DNA of 64,000 bases, from NCBI RefSeq assembly GCF_052425735.1, contig NC_135765.1:32674001-32738000 (forward strand). The letters run 5' to 3'. Below are positions 49,805-62,967 of this stretch, piece by piece. Each line of letters starts with the position of its first letter. The stretch's first letter is position 1. Position numbers and translations under genes: made by a program. This stretch comes from Oculina patagonica. Its lineage: Eukaryota. Under the pieces are notes generated by a model that saw only the letters and a list, made by a program, of their open reading frames with translations, did not search any database and was not told the DNA's origin.

Positions 49805-51688
49805 ACCGAAAAATGACACCCTATTTAAGGGGAGAAGAAGCGTTCCGTGACGACCCAAATAACGGCTAACCGCGCACGGCAAGACACAAATCTTTATAAA
49901 ATCGCTTTTCTAATTCCTGAACAGAAAACTCAGTTTTAAGATATCTTTTTTTCGTTTAGCTGGGCGTTTATTTTAGCTAACAGAATTTAGGTACCCTATC
50001 TAGGGATCACACTGGGAACACATTGCCAAAAGGAGCAAAAATGATACCCTATTTAAGGACCGACAACCTTAAAAACCATACCCTATCGGGCGGCACATAC
50101 CTATGTAGGCCACATATGGGAGTACCCCCCCCCCCCCCGGGCAGATGTTCCAATAGGATTTCTCAATTTTTTGGGGTTATTTCTCCATCTGTTCCTATTT
50201 CTTCTAACCCAACTTTATTTCAAATGGATACCTTCATGATAAGGAAAACTTCAAAAATTCTCAATAATAAAATGGAAATGCAATGCAATAGTGTTCTTAC
50301 CTGCCCTGATGTAGTACCAATCTGGATCATACGGAGCAAGCTCCTTGCTTTTGGCTGTTTTAACCAGGTCGACCCAATCTGGTACCTTCAGCTTGCCACC
50401 CCTAGTCAGGAAAAAAGAAAACTTAACTGGAGCATTGATATTTATCAGGATTACAATAACTGAACGGCAGCTAACAGAGGATAAGATAAGCTGGATAATT
50501 TCTCTCAAACAGCAATAGTTTGATGGTGAAAATCACATACATTAGACTGAACTTGTGTGCTGAAGTAGGGCAATGCAAAAACAGTTGGTCATTGGCCGAC
50601 CAAAACTTGCTCATGTTCGAAGAAATCCAAATTGTGGTTGGACATGATGTCCGGACAATTTTGATCATAAAATCGTGTTTTATTGGAAGTGATAACTTGT
50701 AAGTGGCCTTTTGTTTTTGGTGATGTCCGATAATTCCAATTGATTGGTGTCTTAGTAGGACATATTGTCCTTTCAAGTGGCACGTAAAGAAAATTTGCAT
50801 CCCTGTGAAGCATTGCAAAGTAAAAGACAATATTTTCTACGGGGACGAAGGTGAAGCAGAAACTCAGCCATGTTCTATTGGAAATCCAGAATCTGCTTGG
50901 TTCTCTAACTGTGTCCTATTCACTGATGGAGCATGATTGTGTGCGCGTTGCTGGGCAGTTTTTATATTATTTTTGGCTAAAAAGTAATTGTAGGTTTCAG
51001 GCTGCAATTCTTTAGAATTTCTACCAAAACAATTAGACTACTCGCCCTAGCCTTGTTTTCTGTGAGCGACAGTCAACTCAGCTGCACTTTGTTGACTATT
51101 CACTCAAAAACTCGGGCTTATAGTCTAACTGTTAATTAGAGAAGCACAAGTTAGGCTAATCAGTAGAAGTACAGTATGTTATTCTCATGACCAGACGATA
51201 TAGGAGAGGAGTTTCAACCTTTAGCTCAAAATATAAAAATATATAGCTATTATTTACTAATTTGAATGATTTAATTTCAGTTTGATGGAAACTTATCACA
51301 AAGATTTTGATCTGCTTCTTAACAGGCTTAAGTTACTCTACAGCTTTCTAAACACTTTTTACCTTTAGATTATAAAGCAAATTTATGATCTTCGACCTTC
51401 AAAATTAATTTACATCGTATGTAAGCTTATATGATAAGTTTATTGCAACGCCAGCTATTAAGAATGGCTGATTTAACTGATATATTCCAAGTAAATTCTA
51501 AAGAAAAACGTTCCAAAGACTAAATAATCAACGCAGTAAACGGCTGAATCGTTAGAGCGATCTATAAAACCATGATTGCAAAACGCTTTTAACAAAACTT
51601 AAGTCGAAGCTTACTTCTTCAAATGGGCTGCCAAAGCCTTGATGAATTCGTGCGGACAAACGTCTTTTACTGTCACACCGCCGGGCAT
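45761..51688 (-). CDS. RPS19: 40S ribosomal protein S19 (eS19), 143 aa, 6 coding exons
   Basis: Exons 51688-51615, 50401-50301, 49203-49135, 47610-47496, 46010-45956, 45778-45761 (432 nt). Protein [10 protein letters not shown]...[13 protein letters not shown]...[23 protein letters not shown]...[14 protein letters not shown]...GQRDMDRIA; AATAAA at 45723-45718. Confidence 0.97.
46080..46249. repeat. Foldback MITE in RPS19 intron
   Basis: ~70-bp near-perfect inverted arms (GTGTGACCACTTTTAATTTATTCACATTCTTTCGTGCAGATTTAATCCAATCA and reverse complement). Confidence 0.8.
46541..47340. mobile_element. hAT-like MITE containing a nested Tc1/pogo-like MITE (46581-47148)
   Basis: Outer CAGGGCTTGAAACTAA / TTAGTTTCGAGCCCTG; inner TA|CAGTCAACTCTCTC ... 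GAGAGAGTTGACTG|TA. Confidence 0.75.
47763..48596. mobile_element. Tc1/pogo-like MITE
   Basis: TA|CCGTATTTATT...AATAAATACGG|TA with internal TTATA(A/G)CCGAGT repeats. Confidence 0.8.
49630..50141. mobile_element. MITE with CCC(A/G)GG-polyG ends, 8-bp TSD
   Basis: TSD CAGATGTT; related inverted copy at 52743-53158. Confidence 0.8.
50763..50919 (-). ncRNA. Candidate box H/ACA snoRNA in an RPS19 intron
   Basis: Hairpin-H box (AGAAAA, 50838-50833)-hairpin-ACA (50768-50766)+3 nt; hairpin 1 stems GGAC/GTCC and AAGCAGA/TCTGCTT, with the upper stem 15 nt from the H box. Confidence 0.55.
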
Positions 51689-51820
51689 CTGCGACAAAAA
51701 AAATCACACAGGTAATTCACTATTGGAAATTGAGGAGTTAGATGGCCTTCTAAGACCTGTAAAAGACGTATAACACGAATACACGTGGTTTGTGGGAAGA
51801 AATCATGTCCGCCATTTTAC

Positions 51821-51842
51821 CTTGCTGGAAGAGAAGAGAAAG
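51821..51842 (-). promoter_or_regulatory. RPS19 non-coding first exon with 5'TOP pyrimidine tract
   Basis: CTTTCTCTTCTCTTCCAGCAAG|GTAAAA; splices to an acceptor directly before the ATG at 51688. Confidence 0.8.
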
Positions 51843-52742
51843 AATGCGGGGCGGCCCGCGCGCCATAAGGGCTGCGTGGCTTATTCCAGTCTCTCGCGGT
51901 CAATAACGAATTGCGTGGAAAATTAGAATTGTGGAAAAAGCGGAGGACTTTGAGAACGGGAATGGAAGGAATTCTTTTTATATACTATTTTGCTTTTAAG
52001 AAAAAAAAAAAGGTTTTATCGACTTTGCTGTCAAAATTACTAGTTCTCAATAAAATTATGTCAATTTCGCTATCTTTTGTTTCATAATAAGCTTAAGAAA
52101 ATATCTTCGAACGAAATAATTGTGCCTCACTTTTAAGACCTTCCTGGTTTTGCTAAATACTGTGGCCAGGTGGTCAGCTTCCCACCAAAAATGAATACTC
52201 GACGTTAAAGAAAAGAAAACTTAAATCATGGAAATCTACAAAATGTTTTGGTTATTATGCAGGCACAAATTTTACTAACTGCGATCTGAACTGAAAAAAA
52301 AAAAAACTGATCGTGTCTTGACTGGGCGGTCTGCGTATTACTGTATTTACCGTTTCATGTTTCCCGTCGGTTTTCCCACGACAATTCCTCTTTTTATTTG
52401 GTCATATTTTACAGCTGGTAGCGTTTACCAAGCGAACTTGCTAAAAGTGCGTATAAAAATCGACTGTTTTGTTCTGAACTTGCTGGGACAATGATACTTG
52501 AGTGCCGTTCAGATTTTTTTTTCAATTTAATCAGGCTTTGTTGATTTGAAATGCTTTAGGCAAAAGGTGCGCTTGGGTATGTTTACCTTAATTTTTACAA
52601 TAAAGAAGATCGTCAGATTTTTCTTCCGGTGCGACTAGTCGATGCAGTGTAAATTCATTGTCTCAGTCCACAAGTGTATGTCTCAGTGATTACTGGAAGT
52701 CAATTTCTCGAACTAAAGGTAAATAATCATCAATACTTTTAT

Positions 52743-53158
52743 CCCGGGGGGGGGGTACCCCAAGGGCAATAGGCATGTGCCACCCGATAGGGTATGTTTG
52801 AGGTTCTCGTCCTTAAATAGGGATCATTTTTGTCTTTGGCATTTGTTCCTGGTGTGATCCAGATAGGGACCAATCTTTCAGCTTTAATAATGCCCAGAAA
52901 ACGAAAAAAGGTATCTTAAAACGAAATACCCATTCAAGTGTAAAGCGATTTTATAAAGATTTGTGTTTGGCCGTGCGCGGAGCCGCTGTTTAGGCGTCAC
53001 GGAACGCTCTCCTTCCCTTGAATAGGGTGTCATCGGTGGGGCCTTAAAAAGGGTATCAATTTTCGCTTTCTTTATCCTTAAATAGGGTAAGGGTTTAAGA
53101 ACCTTGGCGGCACACCCCTATCCGAAATTTATGGGAGTACACCCCCCCCCCCCCCGGG
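52743..53158. mobile_element. MITE with CCCGGG-polyG ends, 8-bp TSD
   Basis: TSD ACTTTTAT; homologous to 49630-50141 in the opposite orientation. Confidence 0.8.
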
Positions 53159-54350
53159 ACTTTTATTCAATTTTGTAGATTATTTTCAATGAATTCACAG
53201 CGTGCAGCCTGAAATAACAGTTACCATTACCGCCGTTGGCTTTATATCAATAATTGATTCTTTTTATTTGTCAGTTTCGGAATAATAAAAGTTGGGCCGT
53301 TTCGCGGTGGTGCTCCAAAAAATTTAATTAAGCTGTGCGATGCACTTGTGTTGCGTATAAGTTTAATTTTTCAATTTTGCATCGTTTACATACATTTCGT
53401 TTTCCAAAATTGCAATAACTTATATACAGATATTACATATATACTTTCCTGCCTAACTTAATTACACTACCGAATAAATATGATGCTTTTCAAACATAAC
53501 TTATGTATTTAAATGATTGATATTTACATTTATTATTTACATTTATAATAACTACTCTGTCTTACCAACGGACAATAATACAACGTGAAAATGAAAAAGG
53601 AACACAGTATGTTTTCAGTGCAAATTCTTTTTGCCACTATACTGTAGCAATTTTTCAATTTGATAGTAATGTTAATTTTCTTTGAAGATACTGAACGTTT
53701 TTCCGAGTTGTCGGTGACTGATTCAGCAAAGACTATAAATTAAATTAAACGTAATAAAGCCAACAGATATGACGTCTATTTTCTTTCCTTTTAGTAATTT
53801 TGGTTTGCTTTGGACAGGTTATATACGCGTGAATAATCTGCCAGCGATGTCTAACATGATCAGCGAAGTTAATGAAGCTTGCCTTCGTAATAAGTGTGGG
53901 CATTTGTGTACACTTCATTTAAACACTTAATCACTTCTACTCTAAATAAAATTTTTGCCTTTAGGCTGCAAAGTTAGGGCCGTAACTAGCAAGAGGAAAG
54001 ACAAGGCACTTGCCTCGTCTAGATTTTTGCCAAAAATTAAAAAAATATATATGTTTTGTTGGGAAAATAATCCGCAGTTAAATGAGATCGAGTTTTCTTA
54101 AGAAATGCGTCATGAAACATGTCTCTGAAAGAGTTTCAGAGCTTCTAGATGTCAAACTTTTCTGGAGGGCATGCCCCGAAAACCCATAAGCAAGATCTTG
54201 CCTCGTCTATGGCAAAGGTCTGGCTACAACCCTGCATTAAAAAGAGCTTCGTGACTCTCTGACCTGTACATTTTAATGTGACTGACTTCGTAGCTCTCCC
54301 GGGGTAGCTCTTGAGTTGCTTGTTAAGTTTGTTTCTATACTCAGCAAACG

Positions 54351-55286
54351 TCACTTAATGCACAGGGTTCGTTTAAAAGAAGCTCTGAACTCGCGAATTC
54401 TCATGGCATATATCCACGGATCCATTGCTGAGCTTGTAAGTGATAACGTAGCGGCCCACATCCACGCTCGGTTGTAATGCCTGCGACGACACAAATCGCT
54501 CGTCGCAATCTGCAAAATGCTGACAACGCTAACTGGCATGGACATAACAACTGCTACAAGAACAACAATTGCAACAGTCCATGCTGTCTTCTTGGCTCTT
54601 TTGGCCTCAACTGCAGGAGTTGTTGTTGTTTCTGCGCCGTTTACAGCGCTCTCATCGTCTCGAGAAATTGCCGAGACACTTGTCTCTGTAACAGCGATTC
54701 TCCTTGACTGCTCGCGCGCTGTTTTAAGGATCTTTCCATAGCAGACGAAAATAATTACCATGGGAACAAACCCAGTAAGCACACCACAGATAATCCACAG
54801 TTTTGGCAAGTCCTCGTTGCTTAGCGCAAAAGAAAAGGCATTCAGCGTGAAGCCAAATAACCAGACGATTCCGATCGCGATGTAGCTTCGCTTTACTGTA
54901 ACTATACCGTAGTATCGTAACGGGTAGATGACCGCGATGTATCGCTCGATACTCATCACACTTAAATTGTGCATGATTACCATTGAGGTGGACATGGCAA
55001 AGAAGCTTTCAAGCTGCAGTAGATGCTCTTCTCTGTATTGCCAGGAGACAACGTTTGTGAGCAAGATGTATAACGGATTGACTGCGAGACCCACGAAGAG
55101 ATCGATGGCGGATAAAGAGGCTACCAGATAATAACAAGGCTGACGCAGTGTTTGGTTCTTGTAGAAGGTCATCAGTACAATAACATTTCCAATTATGGCC
55201 GCTAATCCAGATACTGAATTTAAAATTCCTAGGATTATCGCAGAAATTGACGATATTTCTCCGGTACAGTTTAGTTGATCAGCCAT
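54351..55286 (-). CDS. Class A orphan GPCR (adenosine/melanocortin-like group), single exon, 311 aa
   Basis: GN, LSAID, ERY, DPWIY, helix 8 EFRASF; first ATG at 55286 (MADQLNC). Confidence 0.9.
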   Translation of the reverse strand: MADQLNCTGEISSISAIILGILNSVSGLAAIIGNVIVLMTFYKNQTLRQPCYYLVASLSAIDLFVGLAVNPLYILLTNVVSWQYREEHLLQLESFFAMSTSMVIMHNLSVMSIERYIAVIYPLRYYGIVTVKRSYIAIGIVWLFGFTLNAFSFALSNEDLPKLWIICGVLTGFVPMVIIFVCYGKILKTAREQSRRIAVTETSVSAISRDDESAVNGAETTTTPAVEAKRAKKTAWTVAIVVLVAVVMSMPVSVVSILQIATSDLCRRRHYNRAWMWAATLSLTSSAMDPWIYAMRIREFRASFKRTLCIK

Positions 55287-57283
55287 ATAGAAGTCCTCTT
55301 TGCTTGCCAACGAAAAGCGCTCTGAAACAGGACAAGTTAAAAGCGACTTATAGTACTTAATTAAAGTAGAAAAAAATAACTGTGTTCAATTGAATTGCCT
55401 TTTTGAGTCAACGTGTTACATTAAAGTTCACTTTTTACTATTTGCTGCTGTGTTGATGCTGAATAAACTCATAAAAAATAAATTGATTGGATATGCGCAT
55501 GCATTTATAATTAAGAAGCGCCCAGATGAAATTACTGTTTACTCAAGAAGGATAACGAATTTGGATGCTTTTTAGTCAGGTGGGCGGCTCATACGCGCGC
55601 ATCCTTACATTTAATATTCATTTCGCTTTGTTTTCTGGTAAAAAAGGAAAAAGATAAAACACAGACGCGTATGAAACGTATATATGCTATTCTAAATTTA
55701 GAATGTTCCTCCAGTTGGCATTTATAATTAATTTCATCTCAGTTTTTTCGGAAACGAGTCGAGCCGCCTACAGCTGCGTAACAGTCAGGCGTCATCAAGA
55801 ATCCAATTTTACAAAGTTCGACCGACGATAAATAATAATTTTGTTAAATTATTCCACTATCGGTCATCAACGAAGTTATATTTGCCGGATGAGAACTCCG
55901 TAGCCATCAACTGATAAACAAGGTTAATTTCAGGTGTTTTTATCTTCGATTATTAAAGTCAGAACGTTTTTTTTAGCGCAAGTATCCAAAAGTCTGGCGC
56001 AACAGACTAAAATCAGTTTTGGAAATAAAAAGGAAGCGGAAACTTAACATAAGCTTCAATTGATCTAAATGTAAACAAATATTTTTCGGTGAATTTATGT
56101 ATTTATTTTGATATACTTTACAACCATTATTCGGCAAACGAGGTTAGATTTCAGATAATTGTTTGTCGTCAATTATCCGGAAATCGAGTCTAAAATTGTT
56201 ATCAGAATGTTTTAGCGTAAATATATAAAAGCAGAATCCGATTAACGGTTGTTCCGCAACTCTTATGCGTTTGTAAAAAAGTAAATGGACCGTTAATGAT
56301 CGCTTTTAAATCAACCAACAGCAATGATATATGGCGCGCTAAGCGTGACTAAAATACATTTTGTTTCGTGAAAAGGAAAACACAAACTTCCACTGAGCTA
56401 TGCTAAGTGTACAACAAATATATATTTTTGAACTGAATCTATTTAATTTTCTTGATGTTTCTTCTATTGTGCCCCTTTCGACATAAGTGCGTAAATTTAT
56501 AGCACGTTTCACAAAAATCGAATAAAGGGACTGGCACCTACTTTCCGTTATGTCGGCGACGGACTCAAAATCACATTTCCCGCAGCTAAAAGTGTCAAAA
56601 GTCTACTCTCGTTTGACTGATAGTCGCGATGGTTAAATTTACAGTTAAGGGCGGTTTAGGAGATCACGTTTTACAAGGGTAAAAACCCAGTCAATTCACG
56701 TTTGACTCCTGTCGGCCATTTGAACACTTAAAAGAATCGAAGCCCTACATAATACATTTACTTTGATCACAGGGGCACTCTCTTTTTATCTTGTTGCATG
56801 AATGGCTGCCGTTGTTTAGACAGAAATATATGGCAGAAGGCTTTATTAAAAGAGATTACTTTAAGTTGAATTGCAAGTTTTTAAGGCTAAGGAAAACAAA
56901 TCGAAGAAAGTTTATAATTGCAACCCAGCAATTAACAAGCCATTCCGTGGTCAGAAATCCATTACTCAACCCATCACAGCCCATTTCACGGACATGCGTA
57001 TTAGTGTATCAAGAGTGGCAATTAATCTGAGTTCGTCCCATTGTTGGAAATGTTGGATAATTTTGAAACCGGGTGCATGATCAACAGTCATCCCAGAGCT
57101 ACTCATTCTTCTTGTGCTGTTACAAGTCGCCGACCACGTGACCAAAGGAAACGAGAGCTCTGGGAACGAGTATGCCGGGTAATCAACTCGCCATTCGATT
57201 TTCGACATCATTTAATATACGCATGCGCACTTCTTCCTTTCGCGAAACAACTGACGGTGAATTTGAGGGGATTGGGCAGACTC

Positions 57284-57930
57284 TGAAACACCAAGCTCAG
57301 GATATTTTCCACCAATGTCAAGTCCGTTCTTCTTTATGGTTGTGAGACCTGGCGTTCAACTAAGGCCCTTCACAATAAACTGCAAGTTTTTGTCAACAAA
57401 TGTCTCAGATACATCTTGGGAGTCCGGTAGCCGAACGTAATTAGCAATGAAGAGCTGCTAAGAAGGACCAACATGGAATCCATTGTAACATCAGTTAAGC
57501 GAAGGAAATGGCGCTGGATTGGCGACACTCTCAGAAGAGAATGTAACAATGTGACAAGACAAGCTTTGCACTACCACCCACAGGGAAAGAGGAAAGTTGG
57601 ACGACCAAGGAACAATTGGAAGCGATCCATGCTACAGGAGTTGGAAGGAGTAGGCTACTCATGCGAAAGAACCAAAGCACTAGCAAAGAACCGTGTACGC
57701 TGGAGGAAACTGGTGGACGCCCTATGCTCCCAAGGGGGTGAAAAGGAACAATGAATGGGCCGACTCTACGTATTTGGAGAAGGACTATTGAGAAAGAGAA
57801 AAAACAAGGTGGGGTGGAAGAGCTGGGATGTAGGCAAAGCAACGGCACGGAACAGAGAGTGTTAATTAGAGAATGTGACTGGTTTTAATGCGCCTACTCA
57901 CGCGAAGAGAAATATATGATGGTGACAATG
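57284..57930 (+). mobile_element. 5'-truncated RTE-clade non-LTR retrotransposon fragments (two 3' ends in tandem)
   Basis: TKLRIFSTNVKSVLLYGCETW...ISNEELL...RRKWRWIG...GKRKVGRPRNNW...RVRWRKLVDALC with an in-frame stop; second decayed 3' end after 57755. Confidence 0.88.
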
Positions 57931-57952
57931 AGATACGTACTAACACGACTTA

Positions 57953-58852
57953 AGGTGGATTTTCACTGACGCGTAAATATTTACGTACGTAAAACGTGCG
58001 TAAAAAAAGATACGTAGGCAAATTTCCACTGTCGCGTAAAAAGTAATAAAAAGCGTTTCCTTTTTACGCGCGTTGAACGTGCGTAAATGCCCGCCATACT
58101 GAATTATCAAGTTGGTGAATAGAGTGCGTGATTGTCGGCCATATTGGAGAAGTGAAACAATAAGTTGTTTTTCCTTTGGGAAAAAATCATTAACATTTTT
58201 ATGCAAATATCTTGTTGTTTGACTCTTCAAACATGGCTGCCATGAAAACACTTTGTACCAAACGCTAGAAAAAGAAATGCGTGAATATGACCAAGAGGCA
58301 TTTTATAAATACTTCCGAAAGACACCATCAAGTAAAAGAGGTTTGAGGCGACCTTCCCGGATTCCCGGTTCAAAGTCTACGTGACCTGACGCCAGGGGTT
58401 TTCTTTCACTACTGCGTTCGTTAATTTGGTTCTGTAGCCAGTTCTATAGATTATTTCTTGAAGTGTTAAGACTTCCTCGATGAGAAGTGTTTTTACATCT
58501 GAATGTTTTCCAAAGTAAATCGATGGGCGATTTAAAACAAAATGGTTTTCCACATGGTAAGTGGTGTCATGTGACGAAATCCAAAAGTATGATTGGGTAA
58601 ATCGTTGCGTAACCGCAGACAGCCGCGAAAAAAGTTGAACTCGGTTCAACTTTTTCAAAACCCCCAAAATCGCTACGCGCGTAAACGTGCGCTTCACGTG
58701 CGTAAATACCTGAAAAAAAACGTGGCATTGGAAATTGGACAACGTAAATTCGACGCACGTAATCGCGCGCGTAAAATTTCATTTTACGTACGTTTATATT
58801 TTTTACGCGCGTTAACGTGCGTAAACAAAAACGCGACAGTGGAAATCCACCT
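57953..58852. mobile_element. PIF/Harbinger deletion derivative
   Basis: TTA|AGGTGGATT...AATCCACCT|TTA; remnants KEMREYDQEAFYKYFR (+, transposase-like) and LLIEEV...VKENPWRQV (-, MADF-like). Confidence 0.75.
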
Positions 58853-61800
58853 TTAGATTCAAAAACTTACAACAGTTACAATACAATGGTCTATTTACAA
58901 TACGCTACTAACATTACTTTAATACAGTGCTTTTTTTACTTTATTTACTTAACTTTATTTAGAAGTATTAACGAGTAATTAAATAAATAATTCAATATTA
59001 AACAATATTAAAAAGTACAAACATCAAAATAAATAAAAAGGAAGACGTATTTGCACGGCTTTGCCTTTACATGTAATTAAGAATGGTTTTTGTTATCTCG
59101 TAATGTGAGAGCCGGGAAAGGGAGTTTTTTTTTATCTCGGGAGAAATATTGCACATTTTACATATCCAGATAAAAAACCTGGAGGTCAAAAATAGATGAT
59201 TTTGGTCTTGATCTTGTTTGGCTTTACCCTTTAAATGGACCGCCGAAATCTCACGGTTTTTTGCCAAAAAAAGTCGCGTCAAATCAATGATTACTAGTTG
59301 ATCTCCATTTTAGTATTTTTTAGTATTTTGGTATCTTTTAGAGGTCAAACAAGGCTTGAGCCATGCCAAGATTAGCAAGAGTGAAACACGATCGCCCCTT
59401 AAAACGACTGCGTGGGAGGCTATGCCAAGATTGGTCTCTTTTAGGGATTCCTTTCAAACTTTTTGACGAGCATGTCCACCCTTTTCATATTGGAGTCCCT
59501 CCCCCAGACCAAAAAGTCAGAAATTAAATGGGACGAAAACTGTGGTAGCATTGTGTCACAATTATGAATCTATGAAGACAAGTTACAACAATCATTTCTT
59601 TTTAATATTGACCTATTTTTATTCAAACAATTTTCATTTAAATTTTCAGCCATGTTTTTTTTATAAGTGTAAGTAAATGTACTTCTTATTAATCAAGCGT
59701 CAGGGCCGTACTGGGAGCTAATATTGCCCTCCTGCAGTCTTTACGCAGGGCGATATTCTCCAAGTACAGTCCAGAGCAAGTGAAGTGACTTTTTGCTGCG
59801 CTGTTTCCCACGTTTTACCAGTCAACTGGGCATTACTTTGGTTATAATGCCCGTTGTCATTACGGGAAAATCCAATCCCAACTATTAGCCAATCACAGAA
59901 CTCGTTATACCTTAGAAAGTTACAAAAAATCTTGGTTTTTAATAGACTTGTTGCAAAAATAGGAGCCTACATCGACTTATATTCTTGAAGTGAGAGGTAG
60001 TACACAGGGCATAAAAAAATCATCAAACGAAACTCGAAACTTAGAATTCGTTTAAACTGTTGTAGCGTGCCTCTAAAGGTGACATTATGAATTAAACCGG
60101 CGGGTAAACGTACCGATAAATATATAGGAAGCCAGCCACACAGATACGTGCAAATCTACAACGCTCAAACGTTCATTAAGAAATCTGAAAGAAATCGATG
60201 AGCAATATTTCTGCGGTCTTTGTCCATCGTAATTAAGGTTGCCATCAGCATTAAGGTGGCTCTACTGGATTTTCAAGGGGTAATACCGCTCAAGTTTGAG
60301 AATTAACTACGTCGCCATTAAAAATGCTATCGAAAAACGATCACCACAGTTGTATTAGATAAAGATGATTTTTTTTTATGACTAGTGTTATATTAACATC
60401 GGAGTTGCCATAGCGACGAAATGACGTCATTACGTTTTTTACTTTCGCTCGTATTCCTCGGCACCAGGAAATGTTTTCAAAAAGCGCTCAAAGGAGATTG
60501 TATTACACATAGCTGCCTCGATGGGTCTCGATGTTGGCAAAGTTTGAACAAATTCTAAGAGAGCGTTTTTGAAATATTTGGGGATGAAGTTTTCGGGGCT
60601 ATCACAAATACAGTCAAAAACATACTAACGAGAAAATGGGATAATATCTAAAGAAAACGAAGCGCCTGTGAATTGCAATTTCATCTTATAGTAGTTTGAT
60701 TCCATTTAAAATCGTGTGTAAAACAGTGGTGGGGATTGCTTTGGTCGATTGCGAGAAAAAAGAATTTGATGAGCGTGCGTTCCGGTGCTCTTTTTGCCAT
60801 TTTTGTTTATAATTTGGTCTATGCCTACAAAAGTGATAATAAATTAAAAACCGCTGGATACATTTTTTTAAAAAATTTGACAACCACGAGTTTTGTCATC
60901 GATTGATATTGCTTGAAAGTTTCAAGCTCATTGAAAACATAAAAGGCAATAGAATTTGGCCTCCAATGTACTGATTTTTTCTCGCAGATTTCGTGTTTAC
61001 AAGCGAGACAGTGTTCTCATTATTCACGGCTTTTGTTTTCACGTGTCATATCTACGTGCACCACTGCAGCAAAAAAATCATTTGCATTAAACAGGACGCT
61101 CGATTGCTTTCCGAGGAAGCTTGTATGTGATCAGTTAGCGGAGTCTACTGAGTGAAAAAAATGAATTAACGAATGAATGAATGAAATTAGAGGACACCTA
61201 ACTAAGAAAGAAAATAACTATGGCGTTAATGTACATGGAAACTTTAACAATAACTACCTTATTGTTTCTTATTTGGGAAATGGTCAGGAACGGCATATTT
61301 CGCGGAACTTCAGTAATTTTCGCGATTTTGGCGGGTCTTTAATTTTACGATATTTTGAAAAACGCGAAAACTAAGTCCCGCGAAAATAAGATATTTACGG
61401 GATCAAAAAAATGGAAGCATATGTTTGCAGCTTGGTTCACACTGATATATTACAATGGGAGAAATCGGCGCACACTGATCTATTACATGTAATTATACCA
61501 GCACCTCAAACTTGTAGATCAGCTGAATGTGATTCTAACGGGTCAATCTCGGCGCGAAAACTGGCGCTTTAAACAATTCAGGAGTGACAGCTCTGACGGA
61601 AGAACTCTGACAGTTTCACATTTTTCATTAATTCAATAATAAGCACTTCAACTTAAATTTGACTCTTGGAACACGATCGTGTAAAGAAAACAGCTGTATA
61701 TTGAAACATGGATGTTGTTTACTCACGGCCAAATAACAAACGGTCCCGAATAGGATGTTTCAATGATTCTAATGCACTGTGCGGATGTTATCCAAATAAT

Positions 61801-62967
61801 TAAAAGGGACCCTTTTGTTTAAATCGTTTGAAGCATCCCTAGAGCCTTTTTTTTAATTAACGTAAAGGCAGTTAAAACTCTAAAAGGACTGAAAACAAGA
61901 CATTTCGGTGTGTTTGAAGGCTTTCTCGGTCGGAAATAATTGTCACATAATTGCTGTATTCGAGGTGGTGCAAGTATGTATGTTTCAATAGTTTTAAAAG
62001 ATTCCGTGCTGAAAATGACTTCTGACAGCCTCCGTCATTAGGTTTACACAGAAGGACTGAGAGCAGAAGACAATATATAATCTTTGTTCAAATTTGTTTG
62101 CTTGTGTAGGGGGTAAATACATGCAGAATTTTTTTTATTAAAACTGCAGTATTATCGGTTGGTTATGCATTATTATGAAATGTCAATTTTGGTCTTTAGT
62201 TACCGCACGTATTTCGTTGAGGTATAACAAAAAGGATTATCTTCCCTCCCCAGTGAGATGATTAATTTTGCGTACCTCCCCACTGGAAAAAACAAAACAT
62301 AAACTGCAACGCATGTCTAAAGAATTTATTTCTGGGACCGTTCTCAAATCTGCTGTATAAATTAATCACGTGCCGCCGAGCAAATTCGTCTTATTGCTTT
62401 GCACCGTAATTAAATGTGATGAAAAAGTCGAAGAACTGATTGCTTTTTACTGATCGGAAATTCTTAATTATACGAAATTATATGCGCTAACTAACTTGAT
62501 CATTTTCTATTCCATTTAGAGATGCAATTTTAGCTCATCGCAGTTGGAATCTGAATAGCAGTTCTAGTTAAAAGTAATCCGCTAACAGTTTGATGGCTGG
62601 CACTAATGCTTTACTGCAGGCTACCAACGTGAACACCATTGTTGAGTGACTTTGTTTGCATTTTCCACTTGTTAGCCCCTGTCGACTGACTTTCAAACAA
62701 GGACCGTTCCTAAATTATAAATTGTTTGCGTCAACCAATGAAACATATGCTCTGCCGGATACTTTTCTAGGGGATTTGGCACGATATAAAACAGGTTAAA
62801 GTTCCGCGCACGAAGTTATATAAGAAGTGAGCACTGAAGCGAATGGTTTGAAGCTGTCTTTGTTTTTTGCGTTGTAAGGAACGTTTAAAGCTCACTGGCT
62901 TTGCGAGCGTAAACCAGGAAAATCGCCAACTTCGACAGCGTGAGGTAAACGAATTTTAAAATTTGTT

